Positions 39,744 to 49,088 of a stretch of 64,000 bases of DNA are shown here, in pieces (positions within the stretch are counted from its first letter, which is position 1; every line of letters begins with the position of its first letter). The notes below the pieces were generated by a model. It was not told the origin of the DNA. It made no database searches and saw only the letters and a list, made by a program, of their open reading frames with translations. A program made the position numbers and the translations under genes. Origin of the DNA: Acidobacteriota bacterium (GTDB lineage: Bacteria; Acidobacteriota; Thermoanaerobaculia; Multivoradales; UBA5704); NCBI GenBank assembly GCA_040005235.1, contig JBDTZG010000011.1, positions 1-64,000 of the forward strand, given 5' to 3'.

Positions 39744-42700
39744 TTACTGCCAATCCCCGTAAACCTGAAACGCCGCCCAGTAGTAGGGAGCGGAGGCGTC
39801 GAAGGGGTGCTTCTCGCCCTTCTCGTCCACGATCTCGATAGGGGCTTCGATCAACTCGCGCTGGGCCGCGCGCAGAGCTTCGTCCTTGGTCTTGCCCGCC
39901 CTCAAGTGGCGGTAGAAGCGGATCATCAGCTCGGCCGTAGCCTGGTCGTTGACGTTCCACAGGCTCGCCATCACGCTCCGCGCCCCAGCGTACTGGAAAG
40001 CTCGGGTAAGGCCGATCAGCCCCTCACCGCCGAGTTCCTTGCCCAGGCCGCTCTCGCAGGCGGAAAGCACCACAAGGTCGGCATCGATCCGCACCCGCTC
40101 GACGATCTCCCAGACCTGGAGGAGGCCGTTGTCGTGTGTGGGCTGGCTTTCGACTTCTGGAGTTTCCGCGGGCACGGTCAAGGCGATGAAAGAGCCGGAG
40201 GGCAGGTGCTCATCAATGCCTGCATGCGCCGCGAAGTGGAGGATGCGCGTCTTCGGGTCGAGGGTCTTCACCCGGTCCTCCAGAGCTTCGGCGCCAAGGA
40301 AGGTGCGGGTCGTCCCGGCAGGGAAAAGGCTCGCGATGCCTTCCACCTCGCGGCGGGTGTAGGGCAGGGGCTGGAAATCGAAGAGACCCCGCTCGGCGGC
40401 ACCACGGACGGTGGGATCGATCCGATCACTCTGAGGAGCTGCTGCCGCGAGGACGGTTTCCACGGGGACATCTTTGAGGGCTGCGAGGTGCTGGGGATAG
40501 ACGGGATCACCGAAGGCCGCCAGGAGAGGCGGTGCCTCTGCACCTACCCCGGAATCCGGTGGCCCTCGGCGTCGGTTCTTCAGTTCGGCGAACACGGTGG
40601 CCGAGAGGGCCACATGCAGGGGCTTCCAGGCGGCGAAGAATTGATCCTGCTCGCCTTCGGCAGAGGTAGCACGGTGAATGAGGGCACCGAAGGGCAAGGC
40701 ATGCAGCGGACCATCGGGGAGGATAAGCAGACGTTCGCTCGCGGCGATGCGCTCTGCGGCCGGCGCAAGCAGGAGGTCGAAAAGCTCGCGGCTCGCTGCC
40801 GTCAGCTGGTTCCTCCGCAGGGCCGCGACCGCTGAGTCTCCCCGTGCCTCGGGCAGGATAGTGAGGAGGTGTTGCACCTTGGCGCGAAGAGCCTCTTCGC
40901 CGAGCGGGATGTTGTATACCTCGAGGGCAGCGTCGTGACCGAGGGTGAAGAGAGCGGACTTGTCTTTGCCTACACTCCAGGAGAGAAGCAATGTGCCTGG
41001 GTCGAGGGCCAGGCGGGCGCGCTCGGCGTCGAGCGGCTCGGGGTAGCGCAAGGCAGCAAGACGGGGGGAGGCTTTGCGGATCTCAACCTCAATATCTCCG
41101 GCCTCGTCGTCGAGGCGGCGTAGTTCGATACGGGCCTCCTTGACCTCCTTCTCATGATCGCGGAGGTTGAGGCCGGCGAGCTTTCTTAGTGTGCGGTCGT
41201 AGAGCACCCCCACCCGACGCCGTTCTCGATCGAGTTCTTCCGGGATATCGCCTGAGAAAGCAATGTCTCGCTCGGAGAGCATTCCAAGGAAGGTTTGGGC
41301 TCGATAGCGTTCGAGGGTCTGGAAGGCTTCGACCTTTTGGTTCTGTGTGAGAAGGAGATCAAGGAAGTCGAAGTAGTAGGAACGGTGTTGGCTCTGGAAG
41401 CCCGCCTCGACGCTGTAGGAACCACCGAGACGGGTGAGTTGGTGGTCAAGGGCTTCGAGGGCACGGAGGAAGTATGAGCGGGCGAGTTCGACCCTGCCTT
41501 GAGCTCGCGTTACAACGGCCAGGTTCCTCAAGGTCGGGGCAGTGAGAAGGCTTCTCGGAGCCTCACGTTCCTGGATCTGTAAAGCACGTAAGTAGAGCGC
41601 CTCCGCCCGACTGAGGTTCCCTTGAGCGCTTTCAACCAACCCAAGGTTGAACAGGCTAGGAGCCACATCAAGACTGGAAGGAGCAAGTCGCTCTCTTAGT
41701 TGGAGCGCGCGCTCGTGGAAATCAGCAGCTGTTCGCCACTCCCCGAGCCTCTGCGCGATAATTCCTAAGCTGTCCAGGCATGTGGCTATCTCAAGGCTTT
41801 CCGTAGAGAGATCCTCGAGTCGCAATGCCTGGGCGTAGTAGGCACGTGCGGTAGCCAGGTCGTCCTGAGACAGTGCAATTGAGCCAAGGTTACTAAGGCT
41901 GACAGCGGAGTTTGTACCTTTAGGAGAGATCAGCTCTTCGAGGCGGAGTGCACTCAGAAGATAATCTTGGGCACGGGAAAAGTCCCCACGTTTCCGAGAT
42001 ACAACACCCAGGTTGTTCAAGGTAGTAGCCATCTCGCGGCCCTGGGGAGACAGATCCTGTTCGACCCTTAACGCCTCGCTGTGATAGCGGTGAGCTTGGT
42101 CGAGTTCGCCAAGATCGGACGCCGCAGTTCCTAAGTTATTGAGGAGCCCTGCCAATTGGAGGCTTCTGGGGGCCAACGCGCTTATGATCTCTAGAGCACT
42201 TGCGTAGTAATCTCGGGCCAATGGCAGCTCTCCTCGCGCCCAAGAGATTGCACCTAACCCGATAAAGTTATTGGCGACGCTGAGACTCTTTGGTGCGCGC
42301 TGCTGCTTGATCTCTAGAGAGCGAAGGTAGTAGTTACGCGCACGCTCAAGGTCGCCTTGACTCTGAGACAGAACAGCCAGATTGCCAAGGCTCCCAGCCA
42401 ACTCTAGGCTCCGAGGTGCCAGCTGTTCCTGTATCCGAAGAGCCTCCAGGAAGTAGTATTTGGCGCGATCAAACCTCCCGGTCGCCCACGCCACCACAGC
42501 AAGATTATTCAGGCTATTAGCCACACCTAGGCTACCGCCGGTGACCTCCTGTTGGGTCCTAAGTGCAAAGGAGTAAGCCGCTCGGGCCGCTTCATATTCA
42601 CTCAGCTGTTCCGAAGCTTCGCCTCGAGCCCCCCACCCAACCAACCTCGCTGTCACACTCTCCGCCCGCTCCACCCCCTCCTGCGCCAATTGTGCCGCCT

Positions 42701-43301
42701 TCCCCCACTCCCCCCTCACACCCCAAACCTCCCCGATTCGCAACAGCATCCATGTTTTCAAGTCCCGCGCATCGCTCTCCGGAACGGCATCGACCAGGGA
42801 ACGCCAGGTGGCCGCCGCCGCTTCCAGATCACCACCGTCCAGCTGCGCTTTGCCCCGCTCGTAGATCTCCTCCAACTCTGGCGCCAACACAGGACGCACC
42901 TTGGCCTCCCAGAGCCCCGGCTCGACGGTGAACTCCTTCGCCTCCTCGCCACGTCGTCCGGTGAGCACTACCGTGCCCCGCGGCGCCTGCTCGATCAGTA
43001 GCTCTTCCCAATCGAAGTAGCCCGCAAGAACGCCCTCCGCCGGCTCCGGGTTCGCAGGTGGGGCGGGAAGGCGCTTCCAGGAGAGGAGCACATCTCCGGC
43101 CTGCACACCCGCCTTCTCGAGCGTCCACCCACCCAACGACTCCACAACTACACCGGTGAGTTCCTCCGCCGTCGGGCTAGGTGATGCTTCGGGCGCCGCC
43201 AGTTCCTTCTGAACCGGTTGCGGGCTAGGGAACAGGAGGCAGGGGAAGAGCAGGGATGCAGCCAGGGCACGAGGAGACGAACCGCGGATCAACATGGGCA
43301 T
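39744..43301 (-). CDS. second secreted PDZ-like + TPR + CHAT protease
   Basis: AGGAGG RBS; GVVVESL..AGVQAGDVLLSW; 42-aa TPRs; HFAAHA, LSACESG, YYWAAF. Confidence 0.9.
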   Translation of the reverse strand: MPMLIRGSSPRALAASLLFPCLLFPSPQPVQKELAAPEASPSPTAEELTGVVVESLGGWTLEKAGVQAGDVLLSWKRLPAPPANPEPAEGVLAGYFDWEELLIEQAPRGTVVLTGRRGEEAKEFTVEPGLWEAKVRPVLAPELEEIYERGKAQLDGGDLEAAAATWRSLVDAVPESDARDLKTWMLLRIGEVWGVRGEWGKAAQLAQEGVERAESVTARLVGWGARGEASEQLSEYEAARAAYSFALRTQQEVTGGSLGVANSLNNLAVVAWATGRFDRAKYYFLEALRIQEQLAPRSLELAGSLGNLAVLSQSQGDLERARNYYLRSLEIKQQRAPKSLSVANNFIGLGAISWARGELPLARDYYASALEIISALAPRSLQLAGLLNNLGTAASDLGELDQAHRYHSEALRVEQDLSPQGREMATTLNNLGVVSRKRGDFSRAQDYLLSALRLEELISPKGTNSAVSLSNLGSIALSQDDLATARAYYAQALRLEDLSTESLEIATCLDSLGIIAQRLGEWRTAADFHERALQLRERLAPSSLDVAPSLFNLGLVESAQGNLSRAEALYLRALQIQEREAPRSLLTAPTLRNLAVVTRAQGRVELARSYFLRALEALDHQLTRLGGSYSVEAGFQSQHRSYYFDFLDLLLTQNQKVEAFQTLERYRAQTFLGMLSERDIAFSGDIPEELDRERRRVGVLYDRTLRKLAGLNLRDHEKEVKEARIELRRLDDEAGDIEVEIRKASPRLAALRYPEPLDAERARLALDPGTLLLSWSVGKDKSALFTLGHDAALEVYNIPLGEEALRAKVQHLLTILPEARGDSAVAALRRNQLTAASRELFDLLLAPAAERIAASERLLILPDGPLHALPFGALIHRATSAEGEQDQFFAAWKPLHVALSATVFAELKNRRRGPPDSGVGAEAPPLLAAFGDPVYPQHLAALKDVPVETVLAAAAPQSDRIDPTVRGAAERGLFDFQPLPYTRREVEGIASLFPAGTTRTFLGAEALEDRVKTLDPKTRILHFAAHAGIDEHLPSGSFIALTVPAETPEVESQPTHDNGLLQVWEIVERVRIDADLVVLSACESGLGKELGGEGLIGLTRAFQYAGARSVMASLWNVNDQATAELMIRFYRHLRAGKTKDEALRAAQRELIEAPIEIVDEKGEKHPFDASAPYYWAAFQVYGDWQ

Positions 43302-43464
43302 GGTCCTCCTGAGGAACAAAACGCGACGAAGAGCGGCCCCGTGGCCCACACGGTTCGAAATGGTCCACCCGGCCTCGAAAGAGCGCTTTTCCCTACGAGC
43401 CCAGATGACCTGCCGGGCTCGACCGTCAAGCGACGGTTCTTGCAAACTCTCACCGGAGGCTTTC

Positions 43465-44388
43465 ATGAAGCTGCACAAACTCCTCGCCCCTGCTCTCCTG
43501 CTTCTCGCCAGCGCTTCACCGCCCCTTGTCGCCCAAGCCGGCCATTCCCTCGACGCTGTCGATGGCAGCCCGGTCGATGCCGTCTTTGTGGACGCAAATG
43601 GAAACGTCGGTATCGGCACCCTCACCCCGGCACAGCCCCTCACGGTCGCCGGTGCTGTTCAGTCCACGGCGGGTGGGTTCATATTCCCCGACGGCACCAC
43701 GCAGTCCACAGCCTCGAACGGCGCGACAGGGGTGGCCGGTGGCGACCTCACGGGGACTTACCCCTACCCCACGATCCAGCTCAATCGCCACGTTCACAAG
43801 CTGGCGGGCTTCCAGGGGGACGTGCTTCTATATGGGGGAGCCGGCATATCGGTCACCTCAGGCGCGCAGGGGCCGATGATCACCGCGCGGCCGCCGGCCC
43901 TGCGATCTTGGAGCGTGCCCGTCTCCAGCCTCGCGCCCGTCCAGCTCGGAGCCGGGGGCCAGGGCGTCTTCTTGGCGCCCAGCTTTCCCATTCCAGTGCC
44001 CGTGTACTACTTCAATGAAGTCAATCCGGGTAGCACCTGGACCGCGGGCATCACCGCTCTTCCCAAGAACGGAGAGGTCGACAATCCGACCCTGACCATG
44101 GAGCTCTTCTGGATGACCAGCGTGGATGGCGGCGATGTGCGCTGGTGGGTGGACTACTCGGCGCGCGCAGAGCTGGCGAAAATGAATCTCGACGCCAGCG
44201 TGCAAGTCACGACGCCGGTCAGCAGCACCGGCAACGACCGCATCTACAAAACCACCATTCCGATCACAACGGGCTTTACCCCGAGTGATGAGCTTCTCGC
44301 CTTCAGTATCGGGCGCCAGAGTGGCTTCGACACCAATACCGGCAAGGTGGCCTTGCTGCAAATTCGGTTCACGTACAAGGCGCCTTGA
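43465..44388 (+). CDS. secreted fibre-like protein
   Basis: GGAGG RBS; signal peptide; GNVGIGT, GGFIFPDGTTQSTA, AGGDLTGTYP motifs typical of trimeric fibre proteins. Confidence 0.7.
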   Translation: MKLHKLLAPALLLLASASPPLVAQAGHSLDAVDGSPVDAVFVDANGNVGIGTLTPAQPLTVAGAVQSTAGGFIFPDGTTQSTASNGATGVAGGDLTGTYPYPTIQLNRHVHKLAGFQGDVLLYGGAGISVTSGAQGPMITARPPALRSWSVPVSSLAPVQLGAGGQGVFLAPSFPIPVPVYYFNEVNPGSTWTAGITALPKNGEVDNPTLTMELFWMTSVDGGDVRWWVDYSARAELAKMNLDASVQVTTPVSSTGNDRIYKTTIPITTGFTPSDELLAFSIGRQSGFDTNTGKVALLQIRFTYKAP

Positions 44389-44511
44389 GTCCAGCACCTC
44401 CAGCGCTCGGCCGGAGAACGACCTTCACCGTGGGAGTCAGCAAATCATCTGGTTCGAATGCCGCGAGCGCCATTCTCGACGCTCGCGGCGGGACTGGAGG
44501 GTGGGCGGTAC

Positions 44512-44913
44512 TTACGCCGCCTTCGGAGCTTCCGCCGCCGCCCGGGCGGTGGTGACCGCCTGGTTGGCTTCGTTGCGTACCTTCAAGGCGGTCCTCTTCC
44601 GGGAGCGCACCTGGGGCCGGACACCGAACTGAATCAACCGTTCGTTGTCAAAACCGTAGTGCGCTTGAAGAATCGCGGCCAACTCGCGACGGATTCTCCG
44701 GCTTTCGTCGGTCAGCTCACGGCGACGTGCGGTTGCATCACGCAACTGACCGCGCAACATCTCCTCGTTGTCGTCGAACTGTTTGGCGCGGAACAGCAGG
44801 TCGGTCAAGGCCGTGTGCTTGTCCTTGCTCTGGGGCAGCTCTTCCAAAACCGACGTGAGGTTTGCGACCAACAGCTCCATGCGGCGAATGTTCTCGGCAA
44901 ACGATGAAGGCAT
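44512..44913 (-). CDS. 133-aa helical/coiled-coil hypothetical protein
   Basis: GGAGG RBS before ATG 44913; heptad-rich; HYGFDNERLIQFGVRP followed by a basic tail. Confidence 0.8.
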   Translation of the reverse strand: MPSSFAENIRRMELLVANLTSVLEELPQSKDKHTALTDLLFRAKQFDDNEEMLRGQLRDATARRRELTDESRRIRRELAAILQAHYGFDNERLIQFGVRPQVRSRKRTALKVRNEANQAVTTARAAAEAPKAA

Positions 44914-44992
44914 AGGCACCTCCGGGGGGCAACGGCCGACCGGCATGGTCGAGCCGACTAAAAACTGCTGAGCGAGGGGATGCGGCTTAGTA

Positions 44993-45252
44993 GGGAATGC
45001 CTCTTTGAGCCGGCGGGAAGGGCATTCCCGGATGGCGGGAAGGCCCCTCCCTGGGGCAGGGAAGGCCCTTCCCAGCGACGGGGAATGCCCCTCCTTGGGC
45101 AAGGAAGGCCCTCCCGAGAAGCAGGGAAGGGCCTTCCCGAGGGCGAGGAAGGGCCTCCCCGGGTGATGGGAATGGCCTTCCCGCCGCCGGGAATGGCCTT
45201 CCTCGCAGCAGGAATGGCCTTCCTGGCGATAGGAATGGCCCTTAGGCTCAAG
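44993..45252. repeat. array of 12 units at 21-22-bp period; palindromic core GGGAAGG-N-CCTTCCC with variable spacers
   Basis: GGAA at 44994, 45016, 45038, 45060, 45082, 45103, 45125, 45147, 45169, 45190, 45211, 45232. Confidence 0.9.
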
Positions 45253-45398
45253 TTGCGGAGCGCAGAGCACGCCTTTATTGTGTTGGGCTACTTTCCGTGG
45301 TCTCACGCGGCGAAGACTAGGCGGAGACCTGCGTCCTGTCAAGCCATCGGACAAAAAAGTTGACTGGGGCTGTAGAACGAGGCTTCAGCGCTGCCGAA

Positions 45399-46301
45399 TC
45401 AAGCAAGCCAAAGCGCCGCCACCATCGCCACCCCTATGACGGCGTAAAGCGCCCGATACCGTGTCTGGAGCCGGCAGGTGCTCGCGTAGGTCAGGCCCTC
45501 GGCCAGGGCTTTAAGCGACCAGCGGAGGTGAAAGGGGTACAGGAGCATCAGGGCCGCGAGAGGACGGGGAAGGATGCCCTCGAAGGCCAGGAAGACGAGC
45601 AGCATGTAGGCCAGGGTGAAGAGAGCCAGGCTGGCGACGAAGGTGCGGCGTCGGCCGAAGATCACCGCGTTGGTTCGCACGGCATTGAGGACGTCGCCCT
45701 GGTGGTCGCGGATCTCTTGGATCAGGTGGCCGGCGGCGAAGGTCAGGCCGAAGAAGGCGGCCAGGGCGAGGCCGCGGGAGTCGATCGTTCCTCCCAGAGA
45801 GTAGCCGAGGAGAAAATGGAGCGCGCCGCCGGTCAGGTGGGCCGCGGAGCTCAAGAGCGGTTTGCCCTTCCAATCGAATCGAGGCAGGGAGTAGAGGGCG
45901 CTCAAAGCGGCGATCGCCAGGGACAGGAAGAGGGGAGTCGGTCCAAGCTGGCTGAAGAGGAAGAGACTTGAGCCCAGCAAGATGGCCATCAAAGCGCCGA
46001 TCTCGTGACGGCCGACTCCCCGCGCCGTGAAGACTCCCGCGGCCTTGTTGGGGTCGGCCAGATCGGTGGCGAGGCCGGACCAGTCGTTGAGCAGGAAGAT
46101 ATGCGCCACCAAAAGGAGGTTGGCGACGACGAGAAGGGCCAGGGGCGCCAGGTTTGCCGCCGTCGGGTGCCGGATCGCGAAAGCGGCACCCAGTAGCGGC
46201 GAACCTTGAAGAACGAGGATTTCCGGCAGGCGCAGGCAGGACAGGTAGCGTGCCGCGGAAGCTTTCGGGTTAGGGACGACTTGAGTGGGAATATTGATCA
46301 T
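45399..46301 (-). CDS. UbiA-family prenyltransferase
   Basis: multi-TM; LLNDWSGLATD, YSLPRFDWK, QEIRDHQGD..RTNAVIFG. Confidence 0.8.
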   Translation of the reverse strand: MINIPTQVVPNPKASAARYLSCLRLPEILVLQGSPLLGAAFAIRHPTAANLAPLALLVVANLLLVAHIFLLNDWSGLATDLADPNKAAGVFTARGVGRHEIGALMAILLGSSLFLFSQLGPTPLFLSLAIAALSALYSLPRFDWKGKPLLSSAAHLTGGALHFLLGYSLGGTIDSRGLALAAFFGLTFAAGHLIQEIRDHQGDVLNAVRTNAVIFGRRRTFVASLALFTLAYMLLVFLAFEGILPRPLAALMLLYPFHLRWSLKALAEGLTYASTCRLQTRYRALYAVIGVAMVAALWLA

Positions 46302-48981
46302 AGAGCCTTAGCCAAAGCGCGTAACCGACGTCTTCCGACCAGTAATAGCGGGAGACCGTCGCGGTGAGATCGTTGTGGTAAAGAAGCGGCGGAGCCTTCC
46401 GCAATAGAGCAAAATCGTCCTTGGAGACCTGACGCAAAATCGACTCGATCCGTGCCGCTTCGGCCGACGGACCGCCAGTTCGTCCGCCGCGCCCCAGAGA
46501 TCGGACGGTAGAAACCCAGATCTCCTGGTCCGGCACCGACGTACGCATCCGGGATTCGGGCAGCTCGATCTTGCAGCCGGCGCGCTCCAGGTCGGTCAAG
46601 CGCAAGATCGGTATCAGCGGCGCCTTTGAATAATAGACCCAGATTCGATCTTGATCAATCACCGTCCGGAGCGCCTTGCAGAGCGCGCGGCCGGCCGGCG
46701 GCTGCGCCTTGGACAGCAGCAGCAGCAAGTGCATCTGAATGGCGATGTCGGCGGGGTTGGGATCCTTGCCCGGATCCAGGCACTGGTAGGCCTCCCGCGG
46801 GGCGAGCCAGGTGCGGTAGAGCCCCTCGGGGGTGCGATATTGGGCGAGGGTGGCGAGAGCGGCCGAAAGACGACGGCGGTCGGAGTCGGGTGCGAGCCTC
46901 CAGACGAGCGCCGTGTCGTCGGAATCCGGCGTGATGGGGCACCCGAGGGTGCCGATTCCCGGGGCGTCCGGCAGGCCGTGGTATCGCACGAGGCCCCCGG
47001 CTTCGATCTGGCGGGTGAGGTGCCGCCGGGCGCGCTCCAAGCTCTCTCCGAGACCACCAGAGGTCGCCAGCGGATCGAGCAGCTCGACCAGGAGAGAGGT
47101 GAGGAAGGTGTTCATCTCGGGGTGCGGGTCTTCGAAGCGGGCCGCCTTCGTGTAGGAGGTCAGCCAGTACCCCGGCTCTTGCTGGTGCTCGCGAACCCTC
47201 GCCGCCGCCGTCTTCGCGAGATCCGCGAGGTCCCCGCCTTCGAGCGGCGTCGCCTTTCCTCCCTCTCGCTGGCCGGAAGGTTGGCCGGAAAGCTGCCCGA
47301 TGCGGCCCGGCGGATTCTTGCCGCCCGGCGCGGCTGCTGCCTGTACGGTCAGCTTGCGCTCTCCCAGGTAATACCCCTCGCCGCTGCCGGAGGCCCAGGC
47401 GAAGGCGGTCAAGTGGTGCTCGCCGGAAGACAGGCCGGACGTATCGAGTGGGATGCGCCAGCCGGCGGGACTTGACGCGCGCTGCGCGGCGCGGAGGTCG
47501 GGCCGGTCGAAGAAGGCGCGGGAGGCGACGAGCGGCTGGCCATCGAACGAGACGGCCACCTGCTTGGGCGTCGCCGAGCCGGCCAGCGCCCAACCGACGG
47601 CGACGATCTCCTGGCCGGCGGTGATGGCGGCCGTCGCCCGGCCTCCCGTCTCGATCGCTTCGAGATCGCCTCCCATTTCGATCCATAGCTCCGCCGGGGC
47701 AGGGCCATGCCGCAAGGCGGCGACGAACGGCGCGTTTCGCCAGTCCCACGCGGAGGCAATCAAACCGTCCGTCGCGCTGATGTACCAGAAGGCCCCAATG
47801 ATTTCGATGGCGACCGCCAAGCCCACCGCGACCCCGAACAAGATCCGGCCGAGTACGCGCAACGAGGTGACGACCGGTACCAGCATCCAAAAGAGCATCG
47901 GCAGGAAGTCGGTGAGATAGCGCGAGCCCCAGTAGATGCCGGTCCGCCAGTCGGTTTTGGCGTAGAGCAGGATCTGGAGGACGACGGCGATTCGGAGCGC
48001 CAGGGCGAGGCCGCGGTCTTCCGGCGGCAGCCGCCAGGCCAGGACGAGGAAGAGCAGGAAGGGCGAGAAGATGAACAGCCCCCGCGTCGGGCTGAACAGC
48101 AATCCGCCGAGACCGGACCCCAGGTCATGGCGAAAAAAGGCGGCCCTGCCCATTCTGCCGTACGCCCCGGCGAAGTTGTGGGCCACGCCGAGGTTATAAA
48201 GAAGCACCAGCCCCATCGGCAGCGCCGCGGCGGCGACGAGCAGCACCGCTTTGCGTCCGGCCCAGAACAGACCGTAAGCACCCAGCGCCGCCGCGAGGAG
48301 GGCGTCGGGAGGGCGGTTTCCGGCGAGGAGCCCGCACAGCAAACCCACCGCCAGCACCCGCGGCCAGGTGGCCGGCCCGGTGAGAAGCAGCAGCGCGCCG
48401 ACCACCAGAAGCTCGGCCATCCCATGCTGCCAGAGGGCCTGGCTGCCGATCATCCAGGTGGTGGTGCCAAAGGCATAGGCCAGGGTGAGGAGCACCGCGA
48501 TCGAAACCGAGGCCCGGCGCCGCAGAAGCAGGTAGAGGAGCGACGCGGAGAGCGCCGCCACGAACGAGGCGCAGAGCTTCTCCATCACCCGGGCCACGTG
48601 GTCCAGACGCGCATCCGTCCAGCCTTTCAGGTTCAGGTAGCCGACCGCGGGAAGGTAGAGCGGCGCAAGAAGCACCGGCAGCACCACAGGATAGAGCGAG
48701 ATCGTAGGGCCTCCGGGCAACGGCACCATCCAGAACGGCGCATCGCCTCGGCCCTGGGCCGTGAGCCGAACGATCGGATCGAGAAGAACGCTGTGATTGC
48801 GCCAGATCGAGAACGGCAGGTAGCGCGCGGGGTAGGTGTCGCCGGCACTGATCGCCCGCCCGTTGGCGTTGTAGACCAGCAGACAGCAGAGCCCGATGAG
48901 CAGGCTCGCCCACAGATCACGAGACCGCTTTGTCGACGTCGGGTCCACCTGGATGCGAGTCAATGCACTACCCCCGGACAT
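46270..48981 (-). CDS. fusion: GT-C-like polytopic domain + Ig-like domain + class II terpene cyclase-like domain
   Basis: SQALWQHG, GLLFSPTRGLFIFSP, WGSRYL (GT-C-like); GWAL..RPDL..GW (Ig-like); QQEPGYW, PDSDDTAL, GLYRTWL (squalene-hopene cyclase-like fold motifs). Confidence 0.65.
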   Translation of the reverse strand: MSGGSALTRIQVDPTSTKRSRDLWASLLIGLCCLLVYNANGRAISAGDTYPARYLPFSIWRNHSVLLDPIVRLTAQGRGDAPFWMVPLPGGPTISLYPVVLPVLLAPLYLPAVGYLNLKGWTDARLDHVARVMEKLCASFVAALSASLLYLLLRRRASVSIAVLLTLAYAFGTTTWMIGSQALWQHGMAELLVVGALLLLTGPATWPRVLAVGLLCGLLAGNRPPDALLAAALGAYGLFWAGRKAVLLVAAAALPMGLVLLYNLGVAHNFAGAYGRMGRAAFFRHDLGSGLGGLLFSPTRGLFIFSPFLLFLVLAWRLPPEDRGLALALRIAVVLQILLYAKTDWRTGIYWGSRYLTDFLPMLFWMLVPVVTSLRVLGRILFGVAVGLAVAIEIIGAFWYISATDGLIASAWDWRNAPFVAALRHGPAPAELWIEMGGDLEAIETGGRATAAITAGQEIVAVGWALAGSATPKQVAVSFDGQPLVASRAFFDRPDLRAAQRASSPAGWRIPLDTSGLSSGEHHLTAFAWASGSGEGYYLGERKLTVQAAAAPGGKNPPGRIGQLSGQPSGQREGGKATPLEGGDLADLAKTAAARVREHQQEPGYWLTSYTKAARFEDPHPEMNTFLTSLLVELLDPLATSGGLGESLERARRHLTRQIEAGGLVRYHGLPDAPGIGTLGCPITPDSDDTALVWRLAPDSDRRRLSAALATLAQYRTPEGLYRTWLAPREAYQCLDPGKDPNPADIAIQMHLLLLLSKAQPPAGRALCKALRTVIDQDRIWVYYSKAPLIPILRLTDLERAGCKIELPESRMRTSVPDQEIWVSTVRSLGRGGRTGGPSAEAARIESILRQVSKDDFALLRKAPPLLYHNDLTATVSRYYWSEDVGYALWLRLYDQYSHSSRP

Positions 48982-49088
48982 TCTCGCTCACCTTTTCGCG
49001 GCAGGCAGCGGCCGCGATCAGGTTTGCAAGAGCAGCGCCCGCGAGGGTTCTTGGAAAGCGGCCGGCGGTTCGACGCGGCCGGCCGCGA

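Noticed and set aside
30382-43301. Diversity-generating retroelement or Craspase as source of TPR variation
   Set aside because: No reverse transcriptase, template/variable repeat pair or Cas7-11 is visible in the window.
44914-45354. N-terminal extension of ORF 44512..45354
   Set aside because: Runs through the array, whose period shifts frame; a good RBS sits before ATG 44913.
20586-49000. Intact prophage/ICE integrated at tRNA-Arg
   Set aside because: No integrase, phage structural or conjugation genes, and I saw no duplicated tRNA 3' end.
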